59,911 nt of DNA from Pseudomonadota bacterium. GTDB lineage: Bacteria; Pseudomonadota; Alphaproteobacteria; Sphingomonadales; Sphingomonadaceae. Shown piece by piece: positions 51,157-59,911 of the stretch; position 1 is the first letter of the stretch, and each line of letters opens with the position of its first letter. The stretch spans positions 1 through 59,911 of the forward strand of contig JAEZQR010000221.1 in the NCBI GenBank assembly GCA_023413015.1. Reading direction: 5' to 3'. The notes below the pieces were generated by a model. That model saw nothing but the letters and a program-made list of their open reading frames with translations. It searched no databases and was not told the DNA's origin. The position numbers and the translations under genes are program-made.

Positions 51157-51387
51157 TTGTTCAAGACCCTCGGCTATCTGACCTCCACGATCAGCGTGCT
51201 GCTTCTGGCGATCGTATCCTGGGACTCGGCCAAGACCGACGATCTGCTGCGCAACTGCCTGATCGTCGGCGCCGCCGCCTCGGTGCTCGGCATGTTCTTC
51301 CGCTGGCTCTCGTTCCGCCTCGACGAGAAGCCCCACTCAGATCGAGCGGCGGACGTCCGCCATGCGCGCGTCGATCCGCGCGGCTGA
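51157..51387 (+). CDS. Small two-TM membrane protein
   Basis: GAGAGG RBS with TTG start; two hydrophobic segments. Confidence 0.55.
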   Translation: MFKTLGYLTSTISVLLLAIVSWDSAKTDDLLRNCLIVGAAASVLGMFFRWLSFRLDEKPHSDRAADVRHARVDPRG

Positions 51388-52818
51388 TCGCTCGAACTCG
51401 TCGTAGCGCCGATTGGCGAGGCGGGCGTTGTCGGTCCGCGCCAGCTTGTTTCGCAGCCTCCGCAAGTCCAGCAGATCGTCGTGGAGGCGCATCGAGGCAT
51501 CGTAGGCGCGCTCCTTGGCCGCCTGGCTCAGGCGCCGGCTACCGTAGCTGCGGCTGACCGCCGAACGCAGGCGGTCATAGTCGCCGAACAGGTCCCGCAA
51601 CCGCCGGTCCGCCCGCGCCAGCAACATGCGCGGCGTCGCCCCTTCCAGGCCCGGCGCTGGTTCCTCGATCGGCCGCGCCGATGGTTGCCGCTCGACCTCG
51701 GCGGTCCCGACCGGCGCAGGCGGCGGTGCCTTCGCCGCTGGCTTGGTAGCTGACGACTTCGAGACCGTCGGCTTCACCGCCGGTGCGGGGGCCGGCGCCA
51801 CGGCAATCCCTTCCGGGATCGACGGCTTGCTTGCGGTTGGCGGTTCAACGGTCGTGGGTGTCGGCTGCGCCGGCAGAACCTCCGGGCGCGATGCCTCTGG
51901 GGCCAGCGGGGCCGGTATCTTGGCGACAGGCACGGATGCAGGCGCCGGTGGTGGCGCGGGCCGCTCGGCGAGCAGCGCGATCCCGCCCGCCAGGGCTACG
52001 CCCGCTGCGACGGCCGCATAGCGCCCCCACCGACGGGTGGGTGCCACCGGCGGCGCGACCGCGACGGCAACCGGGGCCGGCGGGGGCGCTGCTTTAGGCG
52101 GTGCTGCTTCGGGCTCGGGCGCGTCAGTCCGCTCGACGACCGGCAGGTCGTAGGCGGCGACGCCGTCGACCGTGGCGATGGTGAACAGCGGCCCGCGCCG
52201 GATTTCGGGCCGGGCCGGCACGTAGAACTGCGCCTCGAGGTGGAGCGGGAAGGAAGGGGCGGCCGCCGGTGCCGACAGGCGTGATACCGTGGCACCCGGC
52301 GGTGCCGGGAACATCGCCAGCCACGCCGCGAGCGTCTGCGGCCGGCGCTGCGGCGCGATCGTCATCGCCGCATCGACCGCGCGCAGGAAATCCGGATCGA
52401 AACCCGCTGGTGCCAACGCCTCGAGCGTCGCGTCGCCCTTCCGCAACAGCACCTCGGCCGGCGGCGCGCCGGTCACCGCATGCCACAGCACCGCGCCCAG
52501 CGAATAGACGTCGGTCCATGGCCCCTGGGGATGCACCGGCACGTAGAGCTCGACCGGGGCATAGGGCTTCTCGCGCACCGGATCGGGCGTCGTATCGCGC
52601 CCGAAGCCGGCCAGGCTCACCTCGCCCGCCGCATCGAACAGAATGTCGGCCGGCGTGATCGTGCCGTGGATCCGTCCCCGGCGGTGAGCCTCGTCCAGTT
52701 CCTCGATCAGCTGCCGCAGCAGGTTCACGAGCTGCGCCTGTCCGAACCGCTCGCCGCCCTCCAGCCGCGACAGCAGGCTCTCTGGCGCCGCAGCGTCCCT
52801 GACCAGCGCTCGTCCCAT
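51337..52818 (-). CDS. Membrane-anchored Ser/Thr kinase-like protein, N-lobe-less pseudokinase
   Basis: Real part of track ORF 51337..53964, from ATG 52818: AHRRGRIHGTITPADIL, LAGFG, YAPVEL, TDVYSLGAVLW..VTG.PP; TM YAAVAAGVALAGGIALLA; Pro-rich linkers. Confidence 0.75.
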   Translation of the reverse strand: MGRALVRDAAAPESLLSRLEGGERFGQAQLVNLLRQLIEELDEAHRRGRIHGTITPADILFDAAGEVSLAGFGRDTTPDPVREKPYAPVELYVPVHPQGPWTDVYSLGAVLWHAVTGAPPAEVLLRKGDATLEALAPAGFDPDFLRAVDAAMTIAPQRRPQTLAAWLAMFPAPPGATVSRLSAPAAAPSFPLHLEAQFYVPARPEIRRGPLFTIATVDGVAAYDLPVVERTDAPEPEAAPPKAAPPPAPVAVAVAPPVAPTRRWGRYAAVAAGVALAGGIALLAERPAPPPAPASVPVAKIPAPLAPEASRPEVLPAQPTPTTVEPPTASKPSIPEGIAVAPAPAPAVKPTVSKSSATKPAAKAPPPAPVGTAEVERQPSARPIEEPAPGLEGATPRMLLARADRRLRDLFGDYDRLRSAVSRSYGSRRLSQAAKERAYDASMRLHDDLLDLRRLRNKLARTDNARLANRRYDEFERSAARIDARMADVRRSI

Positions 52819-52884
52819 GCGCGCAACCCCTAGCCCAATGCCGGACGCTTCCCGCACACCCGGCCCTTCGTCTATACGCGCGGC

Positions 52885-54036
52885 ATGACCATCCAGTTCG
52901 ACCTCACCGACGACCAGCGCGCGATCCAGGAAATGGCGCAGCGCTTCACCGCCGACGCGATCACCCCGCATGCCGCCGAATGGGACGAGAAGCACATCTT
53001 CCCGCGCGACACGATCAAGGCCGCCGCCGAGCTCGGCTTCGGTTCGATCTACGTGTCGGAAGCCTCCGGCGGCATCGGCCTCGGGCGCCTCGAGTCGGCG
53101 CTCATCATGGAGGCGATGGCCTACGGCTGCCCGTCGACTAGCGCCTTCATCTCGATCCACAACATGGCGAGCTGGATGATCGACTGCTTCGGGGGCGAGA
53201 CGGTCAAGGCGAAGTATCTGCCGAGCCTCGTCACGATGGATAAGATCGCCAGCTACTGCCTCACCGAGCCCGGCTCGGGCTCGGACGCAGCGGCGCTCAA
53301 GACCCGCGCGGTGCGCGACGGCGACCATTATGTCGTCTCGGGCTCCAAGGCGTTCATCTCGGGCGGCGGCGCGAACGAGGTCTACGTCACCATGGTCCGC
53401 ACCGGCGCGGAAGGTCCCAAGGGCATCTCTTGCCTCGTCATCGAGAAGGACATGCCCGGCGTCAGCTTCGGCGCGCAGGAGAAGAAGATGGGCTGGCACT
53501 CGCAGCCCACCGCACAGGTCAACTTCGACGAGGTGCGCGTGCCGGTCGAGAACCTCGTCGGCAACGAGGGCGACGGCTTCAAGATCGCGATGGCCGGCCT
53601 CGACGGCGGCCGCCTCAACATCGGCGCCTGCAGCTTGGGCGGCGCACAGCGCGCGCTCGACGAGGCGATTTCCTACACGCGGGGCCGCACCCAGTTCGGC
53701 AAGGCCATCGTCGATTTCCAGAATACGCAGTTCAAGCTCGCCGACATGGAGACCGAGCTTCAGGCCGCGCGCATCCTGCTCTACACCGCCGCCGCCAAGG
53801 TGACGGCGGGCGCGCCCGACAAGACCAAGTTCTCGGCGATGGCGAAGCGGCTGGCGACCGACACCGGCATGAGCGTGGTCGACCGCGCGCTCCAGATGTT
53901 CGGCGGCTACGGCTATCTGCAGGATTATCCGGTCGAGAAGCTGTACCGCGACCTGCGCGTCCACCAGATCCTCGAGGGCACCAACGAGATCATGCGCGTC
54001 GTGATCGCGCGCGAGATGCTGAGGGCGGCCAACTGA
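52885..54036 (+). CDS. Acyl-CoA dehydrogenase (isobutyryl-CoA dehydrogenase-like)
   Basis: YCLTEPGSGSDAAAL, GSKAFISG, DLRVHQILEGTNEIMR; near mmsA. Confidence 0.9.
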   Translation: MTIQFDLTDDQRAIQEMAQRFTADAITPHAAEWDEKHIFPRDTIKAAAELGFGSIYVSEASGGIGLGRLESALIMEAMAYGCPSTSAFISIHNMASWMIDCFGGETVKAKYLPSLVTMDKIASYCLTEPGSGSDAAALKTRAVRDGDHYVVSGSKAFISGGGANEVYVTMVRTGAEGPKGISCLVIEKDMPGVSFGAQEKKMGWHSQPTAQVNFDEVRVPVENLVGNEGDGFKIAMAGLDGGRLNIGACSLGGAQRALDEAISYTRGRTQFGKAIVDFQNTQFKLADMETELQAARILLYTAAAKVTAGAPDKTKFSAMAKRLATDTGMSVVDRALQMFGGYGYLQDYPVEKLYRDLRVHQILEGTNEIMRVVIAREMLRAAN

Positions 54037-54365
54037 GCCCGCTCCTTGCCCTCGCTGCCCTGAACGGCCTGCTCGCCGTCGCGATCGGCGCGTTCGGCGC
54101 GCACGCGATCGCCGATCCGCAGGCCAAGGCCTGGATCAGCACGGGTGCGACTTACGGCTTGGCCCATGCCGCCGCTGCGCTGGCCGTCGTCGACCGCTCG
54201 CCGACTGCGGCCTGGGCCATGACGCTCGGCGCGCTGATCTTCGCCGCCTCGCTCTACCTGATCGCGCTCACCGGCCAGCGCTGGCTCGGTGCGGTCGCGC
54301 CGGTGGGCGGCGTGCTGATGATCGCCGGCTGGGCTGTCCTACTCTGGACCGCGTTCAGGTCCTAG
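54033..54365 (+). CDS. DUF423 (YgdD/TMEM256) family membrane protein
   Basis: AVAIGAFGAH, FAASLY, GAVAPVGG..MIAGW; start probably CTG overlapping the upstream TGA. Confidence 0.8.
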   Translation: MSPLLALAALNGLLAVAIGAFGAHAIADPQAKAWISTGATYGLAHAAAALAVVDRSPTAAWAMTLGALIFAASLYLIALTGQRWLGAVAPVGGVLMIAGWAVLLWTAFRS

Positions 54366-55141
54366 TCGCGGTAGCTCGGATCGATCCGGTCGAGCTTGCG
54401 GAGCAGCGCCGGCCACGCGAGCATACGGCTGACCAACTGCATGCCCTGCCCTGACGACTGGTCCTTCACCTTCTCGGGCGTGCCCTGCGGCGGGTTGTTG
54501 AGATGCTCGCGGCCCGCCGCCAGCATGTATACCTGCGCCTCGCACGCACGCTCGAGGAAATAGAGGCGCACGAACGCATCGGCCACCGTCTCGCCGACGG
54601 TCAGCGTGCCGTGGTTCCTGAGGATCATCGCGTTCTTGCTGCCCAGGTCCTGCACCAGCCGCTCGCGCTCCTCGAGGTCGGTCGCGATGCCCTCATAGTC
54701 GTGATAGGCGACGTCGTGGCTCGCGATCATCGCGGTCTGCGTGTGCGGCAGCAGCCCGAACTCCATCGCGCTCACCGCCTGCCCGTGCGGCGTGTGCAGG
54801 TGCATCACCGCATGCGCGTCGTCGCGCGCCATGTGGATCGCCGAATGGATGGTGAAGCCCGCCGGGTTGGTCAGATACGGCGTCTCCATCACCGGGTTCC
54901 CATTGATGTCGATCTTCACCAGCGATGACGCAGTAATCTCCTCGAACATCAAATTGTACGGGTTGATCAGGAAGTGGTGCTCGGGGCCCGGCACGCGTAC
55001 TGACAAGTGCGTGAAGATCAGATCGTCCCAGCCGTAATGCGCGACCAGCCGGTAGGCAGCAGCGAGGTCGACGCGGAGCTTCCACTCCTCTTCCGATACG
55101 GTCTCGCGAACGTTCGACGTGCTCTTGAGGGCGGTGGCCAT
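54362..55141 (-). CDS. Class II aldolase/adducin family protein
   Basis: THLSVR, ITASSLVK, IHSAIH, MHLHT, LRNHG. Confidence 0.9.
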   Translation of the reverse strand: MATALKSTSNVRETVSEEEWKLRVDLAAAYRLVAHYGWDDLIFTHLSVRVPGPEHHFLINPYNLMFEEITASSLVKIDINGNPVMETPYLTNPAGFTIHSAIHMARDDAHAVMHLHTPHGQAVSAMEFGLLPHTQTAMIASHDVAYHDYEGIATDLEERERLVQDLGSKNAMILRNHGTLTVGETVADAFVRLYFLERACEAQVYMLAAGREHLNNPPQGTPEKVKDQSSGQGMQLVSRMLAWPALLRKLDRIDPSYRD

Positions 55142-55266
55142 GACGAAACTCCCAGGCTTTGATCCTTGCCCGCAATCTGCCTGACCGCCGCCCCCTTTGA
55201 AACTCTTCTTTCGGCAAGCGTCCGAGACGTTGGGCGGGTGCGTCGATAGCAGATGCAGGCGGAGTT

Positions 55267-55704
55267 TTACCCAGTTGCTGTGATTTGGCGTGCGATGATC
55301 GCCTGAGCCCATTCGCGTCCTGCGTCACCACCCCAAAGGAGCCAGGCGATGTTTGCGGGGCTGCGTTCGTTGGCAAGACGAGCATTGCGCTCACGCTCGC
55401 CATCGTGCCGTGCGAAGAACGCCTTCATCCGCTTGAGGTCGGTAAGCGTCACCTCCTCACCAGCCGACAGCTGCTCGCCCCGCGCGACGCCCGACGAGAT
55501 GCCCTGCTTCCTCGCCTGCTCGCGGTCGAGGCCGCCCCGGCCGGTGATCCCGCGGAGCTCGAGCCCGCGGCGAGCCGCCTCGCGAACCGCGGCCGGTGGC
55601 GTGAATCGAGGCTCAGCCGCCTCATCGACAAGCGGAAGGCCCAATTCCTTCAAGACCGTGTTGATGCTCAAGGCCGCCTCATATCGCGCCGACGCTCTGG
55701 ACAT
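55267..55704 (-). CDS. Hypothetical protein with a phage-associated domain
   Basis: PP.AVREAARRGLELR...GRGG...GVAR..QL..G...LKRM..FFARH...IAWLLWGGDAGR.WA; the phage link is from recall only. Confidence 0.6.
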   Translation of the reverse strand: MSRASARYEAALSINTVLKELGLPLVDEAAEPRFTPPAAVREAARRGLELRGITGRGGLDREQARKQGISSGVARGEQLSAGEEVTLTDLKRMKAFFARHDGERERNARLANERSPANIAWLLWGGDAGREWAQAIIARQITATG

Positions 55705-55816
55705 CGTCGACCGCCTGCGGCGCGACCTCTAGCATGCAACCGGACGCCGTTTCCACGCAGGACGAGCGCACGGTGCCGTACCGTCTCGGATCGACATCCG
55801 CCGGCTGCGGCAGGCC

Positions 55817-56089
55817 TTATTCTGCGGTGGTGGGGTCGATCGTGGCCCGCACCCGGGCGATGCTGTTGGCCGGGAAGCCCGCGGTCTCGGCGTGCTGCCG
55901 GATCAGCTCCTCGCTCGGCGCGCGGTAGATGCAGTAGATCTTGTCGTCGGTGACGTAGCTGTGGACCCACTGGATCTCGGGTCCCAGATCGCGCAGCACG
56001 CTGCAAGAACCCTGACTCGCACCCTTGAGATCTTCGGCCCCGAGGCCGCCGACACCGGGCATGTTACGTTCGATCACGAATTGCGGCAT
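55817..56089 (-). CDS. DUF4242 (SCO4226-like) protein
   Basis: FVIERN.PG, IQWVHSYV..DKIYCIY.AP, HA..AGFPA; GGAGAGG RBS. Confidence 0.85.
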   Translation of the reverse strand: MPQFVIERNMPGVGGLGAEDLKGASQGSCSVLRDLGPEIQWVHSYVTDDKIYCIYRAPSEELIRQHAETAGFPANSIARVRATIDPTTAE

Positions 56090-56267
56090 GTGCCCTCTCC
56101 CTCATCAGCACCCCGCGCCGGCATCCTAGCAGAAATGCTACGCGCCGGTAACGAGCAAATCAGGCTGCACCGCTTTCCGACTTCCGGAGCGAACATGAGC
56201 CGGATGGCGAAGGCGCGGCACTGCCTGGGCGAGCGAGGCGCCCCTCGCATGCCCCGCCACCAACCCG

Positions 56268-57374
56268 CTAGCGCTCTGCCAAGACCTCGCCGAGGAAGGC
56301 TTCGACGCGGTCGAGGCCGACCTCCTTCGTGACGAAGGCCTGCCCGATGCCGCGCGCCAGGATCAACGCCAGACGACCGCCCTGCATCTTCTTGTCCTGG
56401 CCCATGTGCCCGACGAGCGTGGCCGCATCGGTTCCGAGATCGATTTGATTGGGGTGCGCCGGCAAGCCGGCGCGCCGCATGTGCGCCATGACCCGTTCCG
56501 CGTCGTCCTGAGGGCATAGTCCCAGCTCGGCCGAGAAGCGGTAGGCGAGCGCCATGCCGATCGCCACCGCCTCGCCGTGTAGCAGCTTGTCGGAGAAGCC
56601 GGCCTGTGCTTCGAGCGCGTGGCCGAAGGTATGGCCGAGATTGAGGAGCGCGCGCGCGCCGCTCGTCTCGCGCTCGTCGGCAGCCACGACGGCGGCCTTG
56701 ACGCGCACTGCGGTCTCGATCGCCTGCTCGAGGACGGCAGGTTCGCGCGCCAGCACCTTGTCGACATGGCTGTCGCACCAGTCGAAGAAGCCGGCATCGC
56801 CGATCAGGCCGATCTTGACCACCTCGGCATAGCCGGCGCGCAGCTCCCGCTCGGCCAGCGTCTCAAGCACCTGTGGATCGACCAGCACCATCGCTGGTTG
56901 ATGGAACGCGCCGACGAGATTCTTGCCGGCGCGCGCATCGATCGCCGTCTTGCCGCCGACCGAGGAGTCGACCTGGGACAGAAGCGTCGTCGGCACCTGC
57001 ACGAAACCGCAACCACGGCGCAGGATCGCAGCGGCAAAGCCGGTCAGGTCACCGATCACGCCGCCGCCCAGGGCCACGACATGGTCACCGCGCTCGACGC
57101 CCAGCTCGAGCAGGCGTTCGGTGACGAACTCCAGGTAACGCCACGACTTGGTCGCCTCGCCCGGCGGCAGAACGACCGCTTCCACCCGCCGTCCCGCGGC
57201 CTCGAGCGAGGCCTGGAGACGCGGCAGGTGCAGTTTCGCCACCGTCTCGTCGCTCACCACGGCGATCGTCTCGCGACCGCCGAGCGGGGCGATCAACGCG
57301 CCGGCGCGTTCGAGCGCGCCGCTTTCGATATGAATTGGATAGCTCCGCTCGGCGAGCTCGACGGTCAGTTGCAT
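56268..57374 (-). CDS. aroB: 3-dehydroquinate synthase
   Basis: GEATKS, ALGGGVIGDL, PTTLLSQVDSSVGGKT, LNLGHTFGH, HGEAV. Confidence 0.95.
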   Translation of the reverse strand: MQLTVELAERSYPIHIESGALERAGALIAPLGGRETIAVVSDETVAKLHLPRLQASLEAAGRRVEAVVLPPGEATKSWRYLEFVTERLLELGVERGDHVVALGGGVIGDLTGFAAAILRRGCGFVQVPTTLLSQVDSSVGGKTAIDARAGKNLVGAFHQPAMVLVDPQVLETLAERELRAGYAEVVKIGLIGDAGFFDWCDSHVDKVLAREPAVLEQAIETAVRVKAAVVAADERETSGARALLNLGHTFGHALEAQAGFSDKLLHGEAVAIGMALAYRFSAELGLCPQDDAERVMAHMRRAGLPAHPNQIDLGTDAATLVGHMGQDKKMQGGRLALILARGIGQAFVTKEVGLDRVEAFLGEVLAER

Positions 57375-57931
57375 ACCGGGCTCATATTCGGCTGAGCGAG
57401 CGCAGCCAAGATCGCCCGTACCGTTGCCTCGTGCGGCGCGGGCCGGCTCTCGATGTGGATCGGCGCCTGCGCGTAGATCGGGTTGCGCTTGGCAGCGAGT
57501 TCGGTCAGCACGTCGCGCGGGTTGCGGTCGCGCAGCAGCGGGCGATGACTGCGCCGCCCCGTCCGCTCGACGAGCGTATCGATGTCGGCATCCAGCCACA
57601 CCGCGATGGCGCGTGCGAGGATGAGTTCGCGCGTCTCGTCGTTGATGAAGGCGCCGCCGCCGGTAGCGATCACCTTCGGCGATCCATCGATCAGCCGCGC
57701 GATCACCCGCCGTTCGCCGTCGCGGAAATAGGGCTCGCCATAACGTGAGAAGATTTCCGCGATGCTCAACCCCGCCGCCCGTTCGATCTCGGTATCGGCA
57801 TCGACGAACGGCAGGTCGAGGCGCTGAGCGAGACGGCGGCCGACGGTGGACTTGCCCACGCCCATCAGCCCGACCAGCACTAGCGGCCGGTCGATCTTAG
57901 GCATGCGGCCATCTTTGACATCGCGCTCCAT
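57365..57931 (-). CDS. aroK: Shikimate kinase
   Basis: GLMGVGKSTVG, DAD, GE.YFR, ATGGG, RPLL; alternative start 57904. Confidence 0.93.
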   Translation of the reverse strand: MERDVKDGRMPKIDRPLVLVGLMGVGKSTVGRRLAQRLDLPFVDADTEIERAAGLSIAEIFSRYGEPYFRDGERRVIARLIDGSPKVIATGGGAFINDETRELILARAIAVWLDADIDTLVERTGRRSHRPLLRDRNPRDVLTELAAKRNPIYAQAPIHIESRPAPHEATVRAILAALAQPNMSPVCN

Positions 57932-58001
57932 CGAACCACCCGCTATACACCGCCGGGGCGCCCGGCCAAATCGGGTGTGTTCGCGTAAAAGGTGGGGGTC
58001 A

Positions 58002-58142
58002 ATGGGACGACTGCTGCTCTGGGTTTTTCTGCTCGCACTCATCGTCGTCGTGGGCGGTTCGATCTACCTCATGTTCGCCGAACCGAAGGTCGAGACGCAG
58101 CGTATCGAGAAGGCCGTGCCGAATGAGAAGCTGGGCGTCTAG
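58002..58142 (+). CDS. 46-aa single-TM small protein
   Basis: MGRLLLWVFLLALIVVVGGSIYLMFAEPKVETQRIEKAVPNEKLGV; overlaps the start of the next gene. Confidence 0.65.
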   Translation: MGRLLLWVFLLALIVVVGGSIYLMFAEPKVETQRIEKAVPNEKLGV

Positions 58143-59907
58143 AACCGCGCTTGCGGTCGCCCTTGCTGCCGTCGTCGCGCTCCCGGTCATCGGCCAAGAA
58201 GCGCCGAAATCGATCCTGCCCGAAGGCTTCGGCGACGAACCGCCTCCCGTGGTGGCGCCCGCCGCACCGCTCCCCGGCGCCGATGTGACGCCGGCTACGC
58301 CCGCCGCACCGGCGGCCGACGGCCAGATCATCCAGCCCGGGACCAGCGGCATCCCGGCCCCGGTCGTTGCGGTCGATCCGCTGCTCACGGCCCCTAAGTC
58401 GCGCAACATCGACTTCGTCGGCTGGCTGTCGCCACAGGCGGGCGGCTATGGACCGAACACGTTCAACGGTTCGAACGGCCAGTTCCTGCAGGCTCTGCTG
58501 CGCCGCATCGACGCTCCGCTCGCCTCGCGCTGGGCGCATATCGTGCTGCGCCGCGCGCTGCTTTCCGAAGTGCCGACGCCGAACGGCGCCCGCCCGGCCG
58601 ACTGGGTGGCCGAGCGCGCCTGGATGCTCGTGCGAATGGGCGAGGTCGATGGCGCCAAGCAGTTGGTCCGTGCCGTGCCGCTCGACCGCTACACGCCGCG
58701 CCTCTACGCCGTCGCCGCGCAAGTCCATCTGGCGGCAGGCGACGCACTCGGGCTCTGCGCACTGGGGCCCACAGCCGTCACGCTCTCGCGCGAGCCCTTG
58801 TGGCGGTTGGTCAACGGCCTGTGCGCCGCGCTCGAAGGCGACGACCTGACCTCGACCTCCACCTTCGATGCACTGCGCGATCGCGAGGCGGCCGACCCCT
58901 TCGACATCGGGCTGGCAGAGCGCATCGCCACCGCCGCCTCCGGAACGGGGCGCGCTGCCAACGTCGAATGGGGCGACATCGAGCGGCTGACCACCTACCG
59001 CTTCGGAATGGCAAGCGCCGGCGGCGTGTCGATCCCCGAGAATCTGATCGAGCGAGCGCGCCCGGTAATGCGCGCTTGGGTGCTGCGCAGCCCGAACTCG
59101 ACGCTCGAAAAGCGACTGAACGCCGTTCCCACCGCCGCCGCCCTCGGCGTCGCCTCGGCCGCGGAGATGGGACGCATTCATTCGGCCTACGCCGCCGAGA
59201 TGGACCCGTTCGCGTTCGATGCCTCGCCGAGTGGGCGGTTGCGCGCAGCCTTCGTCGCCCGCGATGCCGACGATCGGCTGGCTGCGATGCGCACGCTGTG
59301 GCGGCGCGGCGCCGACGAGCGCGAACGCTATGCCGCGAAGATTCTCACCGCGCCCGCGGCGGCTCGCCTGCGCGCGGACGGCGACTATGTCGAGGCCGCG
59401 CCCGATCTCGTCGCGAGTGCGCTGACCGCCGGCTATGTGAGCGCCGCGATGCGTTGGTGGCCCCTGGCGCAGGAGGAAGGCGGCGAGGTCCGCGACCGGG
59501 TCTGGTCGCTGCTGGTGCTCGCCGACGGCCGGGTGCCGGCGTCCGGCGATCTTTTCGACGACTGGTATGAGGGCGAGCAGAAGCGCGTCGGCCCCGAGCG
59601 TGCCAAGCGCCGCGCGCAACTCATGGCCGCCGCGCTGGCCGGTCTCGGCCGCGCCGGTGACTGGAACGACGTCCTCGACGATCTGGATGTCGGGCCGCTC
59701 GACAACGCCTGGTCGCGTCAACTCGGTGCCGCCGCAAATGCTGGGCGGGTGGGCGAGGTCGCCGCGCTGGCGGCGACAGGTCTCCAGGCGCCGTCCTGGG
59801 GCGGCGTGCCGCCGCAGCATCTGGCGAAAATCCTTGCCGCCTACCGCCGCGTCGGACGGGCGAACGAGGCGCGCATGATGGCAGTCGAGGCGCTGACGCG
59901 CAGCTGA
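58123..59907 (+). CDS. Exported helical hypothetical protein with Pro-rich N-terminus
   Basis: 594-aa ORF, signal peptide, host-like codon bias; stop overlaps an ATG (TGATG) at the window edge. Confidence 0.75.
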   Translation: MRSWASRTALAVALAAVVALPVIGQEAPKSILPEGFGDEPPPVVAPAAPLPGADVTPATPAAPAADGQIIQPGTSGIPAPVVAVDPLLTAPKSRNIDFVGWLSPQAGGYGPNTFNGSNGQFLQALLRRIDAPLASRWAHIVLRRALLSEVPTPNGARPADWVAERAWMLVRMGEVDGAKQLVRAVPLDRYTPRLYAVAAQVHLAAGDALGLCALGPTAVTLSREPLWRLVNGLCAALEGDDLTSTSTFDALRDREAADPFDIGLAERIATAASGTGRAANVEWGDIERLTTYRFGMASAGGVSIPENLIERARPVMRAWVLRSPNSTLEKRLNAVPTAAALGVASAAEMGRIHSAYAAEMDPFAFDASPSGRLRAAFVARDADDRLAAMRTLWRRGADERERYAAKILTAPAAARLRADGDYVEAAPDLVASALTAGYVSAAMRWWPLAQEEGGEVRDRVWSLLVLADGRVPASGDLFDDWYEGEQKRVGPERAKRRAQLMAAALAGLGRAGDWNDVLDDLDVGPLDNAWSRQLGAAANAGRVGEVAALAATGLQAPSWGGVPPQHLAKILAAYRRVGRANEARMMAVEALTRS

Positions 59908-59911
59908 TGGC

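Noticed and set aside
52819..53964. Apparent 875-aa kinase fusion in the ORF track
   Set aside because: The N-terminal 382 codons are the antisense of the acyl-CoA dehydrogenase; kinase-like sequence starts only at 52818.
59907..59911. Start of the next gene (xerD would be expected from alphaproteobacterial synteny)
   Set aside because: Only ATGGC is in the window, so it cannot be identified.

Overview
High-GC alphaproteobacterial chromosome segment, most consistent with a sphingomonad (inferred from gene order and promoter motifs). The backbone is housekeeping and catabolic: lgt-midA-GNAT-pgeF..prs, dnaB-alr-mlaE-mlaF..radA-cvpA, cysS-iscU-kef-mmsA, aroK-aroB, fadD and acyl-CoA dehydrogenases. 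No rRNA, tRNA, CRISPR array, integrase or transposase was seen. The main discovery candidate is a lower-GC six-gene island (37642-45274) between cvpA and cysS. It encodes a divergent KpsS/KpsC-like transferase, KdsD, a NeuA-type cytidylyltransferase fused to an RraA/HMG-type pyruvate aldolase, KdsA, an IMPase-family phosphatase, and an 803-aa HAD + PRTase-like protein resembling PRPP-dependent ribofuranosyltransferases, with a sigma54-like promoter. Together these suggest a pathway for a ribofuranose/Kdo(-like ulosonate) glycan. Other notable items: tandem BlaI/CopY-type operators before a secreted 29-aa-repeat protein and a TonB-dependent receptor; a full sigma54/IHF/enhancer promoter on an orphan ABC permease; a C-lobe-only membrane pseudokinase; a lone phage-like domain gene; a triple LexA box at radA; DnaA boxes at dnaB; EcfG-type promoters; and many apparently leaderless genes. 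All calls come from motif recognition by eye; no database searches were run.
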